From Candidatus Woesearchaeota archaeon (lineage in GTDB: Archaea; Nanobdellota; Nanobdellia; Woesearchaeales; BM511): DNA of 45,734 nucleotides. The translations under genes were made by a program, and so were the position numbers. Within the stretch, counting starts at the first letter, position 1, and each line of letters opens with the position of its first letter. Shown in pieces: positions 1 to 10,120 of the stretch. The notes beneath the pieces are model-generated. The model ran no database searches, was not told where the DNA came from, and saw only the letters and a program-made list of their open reading frames with translations. The stretch is from positions 1-45,734 of the forward strand of contig JAHFPP010000002.1 of NCBI GenBank assembly GCA_023266675.1, given 5' to 3'.

Positions 1-2
1 AC

Positions 3-1352
3 CATCTTGATTATTCAATAGCTCAGATATTTGGTAAAGACCGGTTTGTTTCGCCATACATTCTCATCGCAATAACTTCATTTTTGGCGGTGTTCTCTAT
101 GTATCTTCTGCTAAGAAAATCATACGGCTTTCTCATTGCAGGCGCAGTTTCTTTCTGGCTAATCTTTGAAATGCGCGCAATAATGACTTATCTATGGGGG
201 CAAAGGCCGACAATTGCATCATTTACATATATCCCAATTATTATCTATGTATTGTACAAATATTCATATGAATTCTATGAGAATAAGAAAGAAAAAAACA
301 TTTATCTATACATACTTGTCGTGTTATCTTCATGCGCATTTCTAATACATCTTCAGGGATTTATACTTGTAATAATCTTCTCTGTAATTTTCCTGATATT
401 ATTATACATCAAATATAAAAAAGTTATAATTACAAAAACAAATTACAAACCATGGATTATATGCCTAGTAATAGGCATCATTCTATGCGCTCCTTTTTTG
501 GTATTATACACAGGCACCGGTGAAAGTGCGGAGCTTGGAAAATATAAAGCAGGCAGCGCATCGCTGCTATTTAAATGGTTGGATGTCCCTGACAACAAAT
601 TCAGCCTGAACCCTACTTTTTCCACGTATAAGGATAATTATATATCTTATCTGACAGTAGTATTCCTGCTTATCGGACTTTTATTTCTTTTCCTAAAAAG
701 AAGGATAAATGATTTGGTGATGATAAGCTTATTTGTAACATTATATTTAATCTTTCATCTGCACGTTTTTGGTTTGGCTCAGCTCTCCTACAGGATAGCA
801 AGGTATCTGATGGTTGAATCATACCTGTTTTGCTTTCTGATAATATTTGGAATAATAATAGTTGCAGATTTACTCAAAAAGCATGTTAAGATATCAAACT
901 TAAGCATGATTCTTGTCCTGATATTTTTAAGCATAGTAATCATGGTGCAGGGAAAGGTGGCGTACGATTCCTTAAATCAGGGATACGGTGGAGTTGCAAG
1001 AATGACGCAGTCGCAGTATGAATTTGCAGAATGGGCAGATTCAAACCTGCCAAAGGATGCAGTCATCAATGATTTTGGGACTTTAACATATGGAAAGCTT
1101 AGATTCATGCAGGCATCTGCGCACAGGCCATTTTTCTGGAATGATATTAACATAACTCACACATTTATTCCAATCTCAGGTGTTGGCAAGGATTTGATAC
1201 TCAAAACAACATACATCATGCTGGATTATTCAGATGTTATAGCAATTGGGGACAAACAGAATTTCAATGCATTGACACAGTTTGAAAAGCAATTATCAGG
1301 AGCAGCATTAGTATACAATAAAAATAACATAAGGGTGTATAAAATTGGATAA
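3..1352 (+). CDS. polytopic membrane protein with C-terminal soluble domain, 5'-truncated by the window edge (GT-C-like glycosyltransferase candidate)
   Basis: The frame of ORF 84..1352 stays open back to nt 3 (cat ctt gat tat tca ata gct cag ... with no stop), so the TTG at 84 is probably not the start. Many hydrophobic helices are followed by a roughly 130-aa hydrophilic tail. Lies in the glycosylation neighbourhood. Confidence 0.55.
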   Translation, partial: HLDYSIAQIFGKDRFVSPYILIAITSFLAVFSMYLLLRKSYGFLIAGAVSFWLIFEMRAIMTYLWGQRPTIASFTYIPIIIYVLYKYSYEFYENKKEKNIYLYILVVLSSCAFLIHLQGFILVIIFSVIFLILLYIKYKKVIITKTNYKPWIICLVIGIILCAPFLVLYTGTGESAELGKYKAGSASLLFKWLDVPDNKFSLNPTFSTYKDNYISYLTVVFLLIGLLFLFLKRRINDLVMISLFVTLYLIFHLHVFGLAQLSYRIARYLMVESYLFCFLIIFGIIIVADLLKKHVKISNLSMILVLIFLSIVIMVQGKVAYDSLNQGYGGVARMTQSQYEFAEWADSNLPKDAVINDFGTLTYGKLRFMQASAHRPFFWNDINITHTFIPISGVGKDLILKTTYIMLDYSDVIAIGDKQNFNALTQFEKQLSGAALVYNKNNIRVYKIG

Positions 1353-1680
1353 ACTTAAAATTACAACAAGAAATCTAGTGATAATTTGCACAGCGATTAT
1401 TTTTTTATTCTCATTTTTTCTGTTTGGTCTTACAGGACTTAGGACAATTGGGACAATTTTTGGAATGTTTTTGCCGGCTTATCTCATAATGAGCAACTTT
1501 GATATTGAGGAGGAAGAAAAAGTATTCTTTTCATTTTTTATAGGCTTAACAATATTTCCGCTTCTAGTATGGTACATGAACATATTTATTGCGTCACTTA
1601 CAGTTTCAATAATAATAACTTTCATACTTCTAAGTGCTGTTGGCTTATTTCTGAAATATAAAAATAAATTAAAAATTTAG
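1345..1680 (+). CDS. small membrane protein (about 3 TM), function unknown
   Basis: 111-aa hydrophobic ORF. The track start is TTG and overlaps the upstream stop by 8 nt, so the start is uncertain. Confidence 0.4.
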   Translation: MDKLKITTRNLVIICTAIIFLFSFFLFGLTGLRTIGTIFGMFLPAYLIMSNFDIEEEEKVFFSFFIGLTIFPLLVWYMNIFIASLTVSIIITFILLSAVGLFLKYKNKLKI

Positions 1681-2711
1681 AATATGCTCTTGTTATTATT
1701 TACGAATTCCACAAGCTTTGCAACTCCATCTTTTGGCGTTACCGTTGGCTTCCAGTTCAATTCTTTTTGCACCTTTGCTATGTTGGAGATATACACCTTC
1801 TGATCTGATGGTCTCCAGTCTGAATAGCTTATTTTCGGGCTTATCTTTGTTAAGTCCTTTATAGTCTCCACAAGTTCAAGAAGTGAAAGCGTGTTTTTTG
1901 AGCCGCCACCCATATTATATACGCCTGTTTTTATCTTTGATTCTAAAAATTGATTATACGCATTTATTAAGTCTTTTATGTAAAGCACATCCCTTACCTG
2001 TTTTCCATCGCCATAAATTGTTATTGGCTTCTTCAGTATTGATGCGATTGTAAACCATGCCACCCATCCCTGGTCTTCAACACCAAACTGCCTTGTTCCG
2101 TATATGCAGGACATTCTGAATATTCCTGCGGAAATGCCATAAAGACGAGAGTAATCCTGGCAGTATATGTCGCCTGTAAGCTTTGAACACCCGTATGGTG
2201 TGTGTTCGCATAAGTCTATTGGGAAATTTTCCGGAATCCCATTTTTATAATCATCCTCAAAATTATATCTTTTGCTTGTCTGTGTAATTCCAACATTATT
2301 TACGTTTTCCCCATACACTTTGTTTGTTGAGCAGTATACTATTTTTTTAACATTGTTTATTCTTGCTGATTCAAGCATATTGAATGTTCCAATCGCATTT
2401 GAACTGAAGTCTTCGCTTGGATTTGTAACAGATGTTGTGACTGCTGTCTGGGCGGCTGTGTGCACTATTGTGTCGCAATCAACGCTATACTTTTTCATAA
2501 GTTCAAAATCCCGGATATCTCCTTTTATCAATTTTACATTTTTGTATTTTTTAAGATAATTCCAGTTATATTCCTTGTTGGCTATGTTTTTGTTAAGCAG
2601 CTTGTCACGGCTTAAATTGTCAAGCACTACGACTTCATTTCCTTTCTCTGCATAAAATTCAGCCACATGGCTTCCTATAAATCCTGCACCACCAGTTACA
2701 AGTATCTTCAT
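1677..2711 (-). CDS. NAD-dependent sugar-nucleotide epimerase/dehydratase (extended SDR), resembling the CDP-paratose/tyvelose 2-epimerase branch
   Basis: Motifs [10 protein letters not shown] (Rossmann), DNLSR, STNKVYG, PYGCSK (YxxxK), DQGWVAWF, GDGKQVRDVL. 4-nt overlap with the upstream GT2. Confidence 0.8.
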   Translation of the reverse strand: MKILVTGGAGFIGSHVAEFYAEKGNEVVVLDNLSRDKLLNKNIANKEYNWNYLKKYKNVKLIKGDIRDFELMKKYSVDCDTIVHTAAQTAVTTSVTNPSEDFSSNAIGTFNMLESARINNVKKIVYCSTNKVYGENVNNVGITQTSKRYNFEDDYKNGIPENFPIDLCEHTPYGCSKLTGDIYCQDYSRLYGISAGIFRMSCIYGTRQFGVEDQGWVAWFTIASILKKPITIYGDGKQVRDVLYIKDLINAYNQFLESKIKTGVYNMGGGSKNTLSLLELVETIKDLTKISPKISYSDWRPSDQKVYISNIAKVQKELNWKPTVTPKDGVAKLVEFVNNNKSIF

Positions 2712-3433
2712 TTTTTCACCTTATCGCTTATTTTTTTAAATCTGTATCTTATTGATTCCTCAATTATTTTCATCAGGAATTTTGGTCCGTGAATCAATGC
2801 GAAGGACTTCATCTCTCCTCCTGCTCTTTTTCGTTCATGGCTTGGAATCTCACTGATTTTATATCCCATTTTCAGCGCATTTGATATGAGTTCAACCTCT
2901 ATCTCAAAAGTTTTTGATTTGTATTTGTTTTCAAGAAAGATGTCTTTTTTAAATGCTTTGAATCCGTTAAGCGCGTCAGTTAATTTTATCCAGAAAAACA
3001 GCCGAAAGCATCCTGTTAAAAAGTAATTTCCAAATCCTCTAACTATATTATACTCATCGCTTCCGCCAAGCATCCTTGATCCTATAACCATTCCGCAATT
3101 TTTGTTTTTTATGAGTGGTTCAACAAGTTTTTTAACATCCTCAATTTTATGTGAATAATCTGCGTCAAGCATAACAATAATGTCGCCTTTGGCGCTAGAG
3201 AAACCTTTTACAAGCGCGCTTCCTTTTCCATGCACTCCTGTGTTTTTTATTACTTTTACTCCATTTACTTTTTTTGCAATCTGGTTTGTTTTGTCTGTTG
3301 AACCGTCATCAACAACGATTATTTCATAACTGTGATTTTTGTCATTTTTAAGATATTTTTTGCAGTCGCTTAAAACCTTATTTATTGTCTCTTCCTCATT
3401 TCTTGCCGGTATAACAACTGATATTAGTTTCAT
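2708..3433 (-). CDS. GT2-family glycosyltransferase (polyprenyl-phosphate sugar synthase-like)
   Basis: Motifs VVIPARNEEETI, VVDDGSTDKT, MLDADYSH (DxD). Short catalytic-domain-only size of 241 aa. Confidence 0.85.
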   Translation of the reverse strand: MKLISVVIPARNEEETINKVLSDCKKYLKNDKNHSYEIIVVDDGSTDKTNQIAKKVNGVKVIKNTGVHGKGSALVKGFSSAKGDIIVMLDADYSHKIEDVKKLVEPLIKNKNCGMVIGSRMLGGSDEYNIVRGFGNYFLTGCFRLFFWIKLTDALNGFKAFKKDIFLENKYKSKTFEIEVELISNALKMGYKISEIPSHERKRAGGEMKSFALIHGPKFLMKIIEESIRYRFKKISDKVKK

Positions 3434-3810
3434 TTTACATCCTTCTTTTGTTTTTGCTTAAACTTTATCATGTTCACGCCTACACCAATCATAATAAATA
3501 TTGGCGGCAAAATCCATGATTGGCTTTTTATATGCCATCCAAGTACGCCAAAGTCATAAGTCAGTATTCCAAGTATAGCTGCAGAAAATAATGAGCCGAT
3601 TACAATTCTTTCACCTAGCGCATAGTCATCCTTCAAAAATAATGTGATGCTGTACCCTGGAAGTATGAATATATAAAACAATGATGCAACAAGATAAATA
3701 TTTCTGGATATGTCCGTTTTATAAAAAATGATCTCAAATAATATGCACAGTGAAACAAACAATATGCCGATTGCAAGAACTTCCTTTATATATCTGTTTT
3801 TATTGAGCAA
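3430..3810 (-). CDS. small 4-TM membrane protein, unknown function
   Basis: 126-aa hydrophobic ORF. Overlaps both neighbours (4 nt and 11 nt) inside the glycosylation operon. Confidence 0.5.
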   Translation of the reverse strand: MLNKNRYIKEVLAIGILFVSLCILFEIIFYKTDISRNIYLVASLFYIFILPGYSITLFLKDDYALGERIVIGSLFSAAILGILTYDFGVLGWHIKSQSWILPPIFIMIGVGVNMIKFKQKQKKDVK

Positions 3811-5431
3811 TTTTCACACCATCCATGTTTAAACAATCCTTTTTGTCATTGTTTTTAAGCACATCAATATTCATGTTGCTGTACGGCCTGCTTATCTGGG
3901 TATTATTGAGCAGAATTGACTCAAACAATCCATTAAACTGATTTATCGGATTAATCTCGGCTCTTCTTGAGAAAACAATGTAGTCAAAAGAGCATATGTC
4001 TCTTGTCTTTAAAATTTCCTCATTGGATTTAAAATGAAATTTAAACGAAGTCAATGATTCCCTGTATGGAAATCTAAACGTGCTTTCTCCTGTTAGATAA
4101 ATCTTGTATTCCCTTTTGAACATGCCGCTTTTTAGCGAATCTATGTATTCATTCTGGTCAATGAAATAATTTATCCTGAATGTATCAAAAAGCGTGGAGG
4201 ATTGCGGATAAAAATTATCAAAAACAAAAAGCACTGTTGAATTCTTTTCTGTATTTCCTTTAATCCATTTAAACAGCTGGTTATAATCCTCTCCGTACAG
4301 GCTTCCCGGCTGCGATGGTTGATGGTAATATGCAACGCTTGCAACAATTAGTAGTCCAGAAACAATATATATCAATAAGTCATTTTTCTTTTTAAATTTT
4401 GACACAATAAAGTAAACTCCGTAGCCAAAAAACGGCATAAAATATACAGGCCAGAAAAATCGCTGCGGTATGCTTCTTGAGCCTGCTGTGCCGCCAAGCA
4501 TGTTTAAAAATCCCCATACGAGGTAGAAAAGTGATACAAATAATGCAAGATTAAAATATTTTCGTGATATCAGATAATAGACTAAACCCACTGCGAGTAT
4601 TATTAAGAAATATCCAAAATTACTGATGACAGCTGTCCGAAGATAGTCTTTTGTAGGTGATGCAAGATTCATGAACGGCTGGTTTCCCTGCTGCGCAATT
4701 ATCACTTTTAAAAATATTATGACGTAGTTAAAAACCATAGCAAGCGACAATATTATTGCAATAACAAGTTTTTTAATTTTTGTGAAATCTTTTTGCAGAA
4801 CCAATTTTAAAAATGAGTAAGTCAAAAGGCACCCAACCATAACAAGGAATTCGGCAGTGTGCGTCAAGAATGCGGCTGAAAGTGAAATTGTCAATGCCAC
4901 AGGTCCCCATTTTTTATCGATGTTGTCAAATGCCCATAGTGAGAGTATTGCAAAAGTGGTTGCAAGTATCATTTCATACTGTCCCCATAAAAATATGAAG
5001 TAAAAATTGTAGGCAAAAAGGAATGTTGCTATTGGAAGCGAGAGTATCGCAACTTTCTCGTTGTATCTTTTAATGATGAAATATATCATCAGCGAGCAGA
5101 GTACTCCGCAAATTATTATGAGTAATAGCAGCGAATCATATGTTGGTATTCCAGATATTGTTGTTATTACAGCAGATAAATGGCCTGCTACGGCATAATA
5201 ATGGCCTATGACATCAGGGTATCCTCCGCTGAGGCTTAATGAGCCGTATTTATACCCTCCCTCTTCGAATATGTTCTCTGCGATATGATAATGAAGATAA
5301 TTATCTGAAGCAAGATATCCAACTGGATAGTCATGAATTAAGGAATTACCCCAAAGACCTGCAAGCCCAAGCCACAGCATAATTCCAAAAAACAAAAATA
5401 AGTATATGTTCTCAATTTTATTTTTATCCAT
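3800..5431 (-). CDS. large polytopic membrane protein with C-terminal soluble domain (GT-C/ArnT-like transferase candidate)
   Basis: 543 aa. At least 10 hydrophobic segments are followed by about 170 hydrophilic residues. Sits directly downstream of the heptose genes. Confidence 0.5.
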   Translation of the reverse strand: MDKNKIENIYLFLFFGIMLWLGLAGLWGNSLIHDYPVGYLASDNYLHYHIAENIFEEGGYKYGSLSLSGGYPDVIGHYYAVAGHLSAVITTISGIPTYDSLLLLIIICGVLCSLMIYFIIKRYNEKVAILSLPIATFLFAYNFYFIFLWGQYEMILATTFAILSLWAFDNIDKKWGPVALTISLSAAFLTHTAEFLVMVGCLLTYSFLKLVLQKDFTKIKKLVIAIILSLAMVFNYVIIFLKVIIAQQGNQPFMNLASPTKDYLRTAVISNFGYFLIILAVGLVYYLISRKYFNLALFVSLFYLVWGFLNMLGGTAGSRSIPQRFFWPVYFMPFFGYGVYFIVSKFKKKNDLLIYIVSGLLIVASVAYYHQPSQPGSLYGEDYNQLFKWIKGNTEKNSTVLFVFDNFYPQSSTLFDTFRINYFIDQNEYIDSLKSGMFKREYKIYLTGESTFRFPYRESLTSFKFHFKSNEEILKTRDICSFDYIVFSRRAEINPINQFNGLFESILLNNTQISRPYSNMNIDVLKNNDKKDCLNMDGVKIAQ

Positions 5432-5434
5432 TTA

Positions 5435-5926
5435 TCATTTCAGCTCTTTTATCTTATTTATAATTCTTGTTGTTGAAAGCTTTCCATTCTTGTCTTTACT
5501 TTCCTTTATGAGGTGAAGTCTTGCGCCGATTTTCTTGACAGCTGGCGCCTCAACACAGTTTTCTCCGTACTGCGAGCCGTTGCAGTGAACACTTGGACGA
5601 ACAAGCGTGATTAATGGCACAGCTATCTCGTCTTCATCAAACAGCACTATGTAATCAACAAATCTTATCGCGTCAAGCATTTCAACACGGTACTCTTCAG
5701 ATATTATCGGCCTGTCTTTTCCCTTGTATGACTTTATTGACTTGTCAGAATTAAGTCCAACAATAAGCACGTCTCCCTGTGATTTTGATTCCTGCAGGTT
5801 TCTTATGTGTCCTGCGTGCAAAAGGTCAAAGCTTCCGTTAGTTGTAACTATGATCTTACCTTGTTTTCTTAATTTTTCTGCTATCGCTTTTATTTCCTTT
5901 TTTGTTTTAAGTTTTTGAAGTGTCAT
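5435..5926 (-). CDS. hldC: D-glycero-beta-D-manno-heptose 1-phosphate adenylyltransferase (RfaE domain II type, stand-alone)
   Basis: Cytidylyltransferase-fold motif TNGSFDLLHAGHIRNL. Collinear with the C-terminal half of E. coli HldE (LIVGLNSDKSIK...RP). Operon context with gmhA, gmhB, hldA and hldD. Confidence 0.75.
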   Translation of the reverse strand: MTLQKLKTKKEIKAIAEKLRKQGKIIVTTNGSFDLLHAGHIRNLQESKSQGDVLIVGLNSDKSIKSYKGKDRPIISEEYRVEMLDAIRFVDYIVLFDEDEIAVPLITLVRPSVHCNGSQYGENCVEAPAVKKIGARLHLIKESKDKNGKLSTTRIINKIKELK

Positions 5927-5952
5927 TTTTAACCATATCTCTCATATTTTAT

Positions 5953-6471
5953 TCACACAATTAATGAGGCTTCATATAAATCTTTTGAAGTGAATGTTGG
6001 TGTTGCATTAAATTCTCCGTCTTTGCCGGACTTTCCAGTCATTACAAGCACTGTCTTTAATCCCGCATTTTCTCCCATCTTTATATCGGCTGTCTTGTCG
6101 CCAATCATAAAGCTTTCTTTAACTTTTATCTTAAACTCTTTTGCAGCGTCAGTGATAAACTTTGTATTTGGCTTTCGGCATTCACAGTTGTCTTTTGCAA
6201 CATGAGGGCAATAGTAAGTTTTTGTAATTTTAATATTGTTGTCTGAAAAAACTTTCAGCATATGATTATTTAACTTATGGAAATCATCGTCTTTATAGTA
6301 TCCGCGTCCAATTCCTGACTGATTTGTGATTATGAAAATAAGGTAGCCTTTATTTTGAAAATTTTTCAATGCTTCAATCGTTTTTGGTATGAGTTCAAAA
6401 TCTTCAATCTTATAAACGTAATTTTTATCTATATTTACTGTGCCGTCTCTATCAAGAAATATAGCTTTCAT
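5953..6471 (-). CDS. gmhB: D,D-heptose 1,7-bisphosphate phosphatase (HAD-IIIA)
   Basis: Motifs FLDRDGTVN, ITNQSGIGRGY, YYCPH...CECRKPN (Zn-binding Cys pattern), IGDK. Confidence 0.85.
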   Translation of the reverse strand: MKAIFLDRDGTVNIDKNYVYKIEDFELIPKTIEALKNFQNKGYLIFIITNQSGIGRGYYKDDDFHKLNNHMLKVFSDNNIKITKTYYCPHVAKDNCECRKPNTKFITDAAKEFKIKVKESFMIGDKTADIKMGENAGLKTVLVMTGKSGKDGEFNATPTFTSKDLYEASLIV

Positions 6472-7435
6472 CTTCCTTAATGTCCTTAATCAATTCACTT
6501 GCGCTTACTGTTGCTGTTCCAAGTTTTTTGACTTTAATGCCACCCGCGTGGTTTGCTATTACTGCAGCTGTTTTCTGCTCAATATTTGACGCAACGGCAA
6601 GCGAGTAAACTGCTATTACTGTGTCGCCAGCTCCGCTCACATCATAAACCTCTTTGGCTTTTGTCGGAACAGAAAATACTTTGCTCTCTCCTTTTTCAAA
6701 CAGTGATATCCCGTGCTGCCCGCGTGTCATGAGCACGTTCGCATTTAGCTCTTTTTTGAGGTAATTGCCGACATCTTCAATGTTGCTGCTTTTTTCTTCA
6801 AGTGAAGCGCTCATTTCCCTTGCTTCTTTCTCATTTGGAGTTATTGCAAAGACATCCTTGTACCATTTTTTATGAAGTGGCTTTGTGTCAACTATTATTT
6901 TCACATTCAATTTTTTTAGTTCGTTTAGGAGTTCATGTGTTATCATGCCTTTCGCGTAGTCTGAAACTATTATTGCATCATATTTTGTTTTGCCTATCTT
7001 TTTTATAATCTCTTTTATGTGGTCAAAGTGTATGTATTCTTTATTTTCAAAATCCACTCTTATCATCTGCTGGCTTTTTGCAATAATCCTCTCCTTGACT
7101 ATTGTTCTTCTTTTTTTGTCAGTTATTAGATTTGAGACGTTTATTTTTCTTTTTTCAAGTTCAGTCAGTAGAATTTTCTTTGATTCGTCGTTTCCAACGA
7201 TTCCAATTAGTGAACATTTCGCATTGAAGCTTGTTATGTTTGATGCAACGTTTGCAGCGCCTCCTGGTACAAACCTCTGCTCTTTTACTTCAAGAACAGG
7301 GATTGGTGCTTCTGGTGAAATCCTGCTTACCTCGCCAAATGTGTATTTGTCAAGCATGACGTCACCTATGACTAGTATATTTAGTTTTTTGAAGTTTTCT
7401 ACAATGTTTTCAATCTTATCTTTTAGCCCTTTCAT
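6452..7435 (-). CDS. hldA: D-glycero-beta-D-manno-heptose 7-phosphate kinase (RfaE domain I type, PfkB family)
   Basis: Motifs VIGDVMLDKY, SRISPEAPIPV, PGGAANVA, VSDYAKG, VYDVSGAGDTV. Collinear with the N-terminal half of E. coli HldE. Confidence 0.9.
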   Translation of the reverse strand: MKGLKDKIENIVENFKKLNILVIGDVMLDKYTFGEVSRISPEAPIPVLEVKEQRFVPGGAANVASNITSFNAKCSLIGIVGNDESKKILLTELEKRKINVSNLITDKKRRTIVKERIIAKSQQMIRVDFENKEYIHFDHIKEIIKKIGKTKYDAIIVSDYAKGMITHELLNELKKLNVKIIVDTKPLHKKWYKDVFAITPNEKEAREMSASLEEKSSNIEDVGNYLKKELNANVLMTRGQHGISLFEKGESKVFSVPTKAKEVYDVSGAGDTVIAVYSLAVASNIEQKTAAVIANHAGGIKVKKLGTATVSASELIKDIKEDESYIS

Positions 7436-8322
7436 AGTCTTATTACCTTCATATAATCAGCTATTCCTTCTTTTAATGAGTATTTTGCTTTAAACTTTAA
7501 TTCCTTCTCTGCTTTTGTGGTGTCTGCGCACGTATCAACCTGATAATTCTTGCCGTAAGGATTCTTTATGTATTCAGGCTTTAAATCTTTTTTTAAGACT
7601 TCGTTTAAAGTTTTTACAAGCATGTTAAAGTCTTCGCCAACGCCTGTTCCAACATTATATATTCCCGATTTTGAAGTGAGCGCGCTTAGATTAGCAGTTA
7701 CGCAGTCTTTGACATATATGTGGTCCCTTTTTTGTTCTCCAAACTCAAATATTTTTGGACGGTGTCCTTCTTTCATCTGTTTTGCAAGATGGTATATCAT
7801 GCTTGAAGGCCGTCCTTTGTGCTCTTCGCCAGGTCCAAAAACGTTGAAGTATCTTAAACCGACTATGTGCATTTTGTCAAAATAATTCTCTGCGAGTGAG
7901 TCAATCATCAGTTTTGATTTTGCGTACGCGCTTTGCAAATCTTTTTTCTGATTTTCTTTCTGTGGTGAATGTCCGTTTCCGTATAAACTTGCGGATGATG
8001 CATAAATCAGTTTTGCCTTTGTGTCTATTGCAATTTTTAAAATATTGTCAAAACTGACAATGTTTTGCCTCAGCGTCTCAGTGTCATCACTAAATCTTGG
8101 GTCAGTGATTGCTGCCTCGTGAAATATTGCGTCAAATTTTTCGCTTAGTGTAAACGGTTTTGAAATATCAATGTTTAATGTTTTTCCTTTAAAGTTTTTC
8201 AGGTTATATTTTATGCCTGTGCTAAAATTATCAATCACTGTTACTTCGTCGCCTTCTTTTTCAAGCGCTAATGCAATATTTGAGCCTATAAAACCTGCGC
8301 CGCCAGTTACCAAGTATTTCAT
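7432..8322 (-). CDS. hldD: ADP-L-glycero-D-manno-heptose 6-epimerase
   Basis: Motifs [54 protein letters not shown], match E. coli RfaD/HldD. Start moved to the ATG at 8322, which forms an ATGA overlap with the gmhA stop. The ORF-track N-terminal extension (MSFAFVPHN...) runs into gmhA. Confidence 0.85.
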   Translation of the reverse strand: MKYLVTGGAGFIGSNIALALEKEGDEVTVIDNFSTGIKYNLKNFKGKTLNIDISKPFTLSEKFDAIFHEAAITDPRFSDDTETLRQNIVSFDNILKIAIDTKAKLIYASSASLYGNGHSPQKENQKKDLQSAYAKSKLMIDSLAENYFDKMHIVGLRYFNVFGPGEEHKGRPSSMIYHLAKQMKEGHRPKIFEFGEQKRDHIYVKDCVTANLSALTSKSGIYNVGTGVGEDFNMLVKTLNEVLKKDLKPEYIKNPYGKNYQVDTCADTTKAEKELKFKAKYSLKEGIADYMKVIRL

Positions 8323-8924
8323 TTCATCATTCCTTCTTCTACAAGTTCGCATATTATGTGGTACGAAAGCAAATGACACTCCTGTATTCGCGGAGTATTT
8401 TTAGAATCCGAGTTAATGTTTAAGTCGCTTAGCTTTTTTACCTCTCCGCCGTTGTTGCCGGTGAGCGAGATATTTATTGTTCCAATCTCCTTTCCTTTCT
8501 TTAGCGCCTTTATGACGTTTTTTGAATTACCTGAAGTGGAAATCCCAATTAACACATCATCTTTTTTTGCAAGCGCTTCAACCTGCCGCTCAAAAAGCGT
8601 ATCATAGCTGTAGTCATTTGCCCAGGCAGTAATCACTGATGTATCCGTTGTTAGTGCGATTGCAGGAAGCCCTTTACGTTCAAGCTTGTATCTTCCAACA
8701 AGTTCGCCTGCTATGTGCTGAGCGTCAGCAGCTGAGCCGCCGTTTCCAAATATCAAAACCTTGTTTCCGTTTTTAAAACACTGAATTATTTTACTACTGA
8801 CTTTCTTTATATTGTCAATTTGACTGTGAAAATTCTTCTTTGCTTCAATGCTTTCATTGATTTGCTCTCCAATCCTTTTAGTTAAATCTTCCATTTTAAC
8901 CCCCATATCCTTGTAATTAGACAT
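8319..8924 (-). CDS. gmhA: phosphoheptose (sedoheptulose-7-phosphate) isomerase, SIS domain
   Basis: Motifs [35 protein letters not shown]. Collinear with E. coli GmhA. The true start may be the third ATG (MEDLTKR, 8894), which is preceded by GGGGT. Confidence 0.85.
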   Translation of the reverse strand: MSNYKDMGVKMEDLTKRIGEQINESIEAKKNFHSQIDNIKKVSSKIIQCFKNGNKVLIFGNGGSAADAQHIAGELVGRYKLERKGLPAIALTTDTSVITAWANDYSYDTLFERQVEALAKKDDVLIGISTSGNSKNVIKALKKGKEIGTINISLTGNNGGEVKKLSDLNINSDSKNTPRIQECHLLSYHIICELVEEGMMK

Positions 8925-8985
8925 ATTCTTTTAAATTTTTTGCTTTTTTAATGATTTTGTATTCTTATTCATAATTAAATATTAA

Positions 8986-10119
8986 TTACAGTCCTATTTT
9001 CTCAATAGCATTCATCACGTCATCAACGCTGATTGCTTTCATGCATTTCTGGTAGTCATCGCTGTTTTTCTTGTAAAGGCAGTCTGGAACTTTTCCTTTG
9101 TGAACGTTTATGCACGGGCTAAGCTTGCAGGCGTTTTTCTTGTATATGCTGATGTTTCCTTCTCCAAACGGAGCAAACCTTTTGGGGAGATTTGGCCCAA
9201 AAAGACCGATTGTTTTTACGCCCATTGCAGCCGAGACATGCATTGGCCCTGTGTCATTGCTTACAACAAGACTGCATTTTTCTATCAAATAAAATGACTG
9301 CTTAAGCGTTGTTGTGCCAGCTGCGCATACAGATTTTTCTTTCATTAAACACTGTATCGACTCAATTATTTCTTTCTCGTTTGGTGCACCGATAAAAATT
9401 ATTTTAGCATTTTTTTTCTCAATCAGCATATCGGCAAGTTTTGCAAACTTTTCCTTTGGCCACATTCTGCACTTTGCAGACTCTGCAGCGCCAACAACAA
9501 TCCCAATAAGAACATCATTTTTTTTAATGCCGACTTTTTTAAGATAATTTTCAACAACTTTTTTATCGTTATCTGAAACATAAACTTTTTCTAATTTTAA
9601 ATTATCATGATTTCTATTATCTTCCAAATTTATAAGGTCCATAAATGTATAGACAACGTGCTGTTTGTCATTATATCTTATTTTCTTAGAGTAAAGACTC
9701 GCTCTTCTTCCATGGTCAAAGCCAGCGCTTTCCCGTCCGACAAACAGCGAGATTATCGCAGAAGTGTTAAGATACTCCTCCATGTCTATAACCAAATCAA
9801 ACTTTTTGTAATTTTTAAGAATGAAGCCAAGTATTGAGAAAAACCCTGTCTTTATCATGTAGATATTATCAATATAATTCAATCCTGAATAAACATCGTA
9901 TACCCTGTCAGTGCATAAAATATTTACTTTTGCACCTGTTTTATTTTTTAATAATTTTATCGCAGGCAAAGTGCATATTGTTTCGCCAATTCCCCACAAC
10001 TGTATTATTAAAATATTCTTTGGCTCTTTTACAGAATTCTTTCTTTTAAACACACTTAAAATATTGCATAAGGCGCCGCCAATATACTTATCAACATATT
10101 TTATGAAATCAATCTGCAT
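8986..10119 (-). CDS. glycosyltransferase family 9 (ADP-heptose-dependent heptosyltransferase-like)
   Basis: C-terminal motif VSNDTGPMHVSAAMGVKTIGLFGP typical of RfaC/RfaF-type GT9. The track start is TTG at 10131. The first ATG (MQIDF) at 10119 lies 1 nt after the upstream stop. Confidence 0.8.
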   Translation of the reverse strand: MQIDFIKYVDKYIGGALCNILSVFKRKNSVKEPKNILIIQLWGIGETICTLPAIKLLKNKTGAKVNILCTDRVYDVYSGLNYIDNIYMIKTGFFSILGFILKNYKKFDLVIDMEEYLNTSAIISLFVGRESAGFDHGRRASLYSKKIRYNDKQHVVYTFMDLINLEDNRNHDNLKLEKVYVSDNDKKVVENYLKKVGIKKNDVLIGIVVGAAESAKCRMWPKEKFAKLADMLIEKKNAKIIFIGAPNEKEIIESIQCLMKEKSVCAAGTTTLKQSFYLIEKCSLVVSNDTGPMHVSAAMGVKTIGLFGPNLPKRFAPFGEGNISIYKKNACKLSPCINVHKGKVPDCLYKKNSDDYQKCMKAISVDDVMNAIEKIGL

Positions 10120-10120
10120 T

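Noticed and set aside
7432-8379. Long form of hldD starting at 8379 ([19 protein letters not shown]...)
   Set aside because: The extension overlaps the gmhA C-terminus by 61 nt and has no homology to HldD. The [15 protein letters not shown] start at 8322 gives the canonical Rossmann N-terminus and an ATGA junction.
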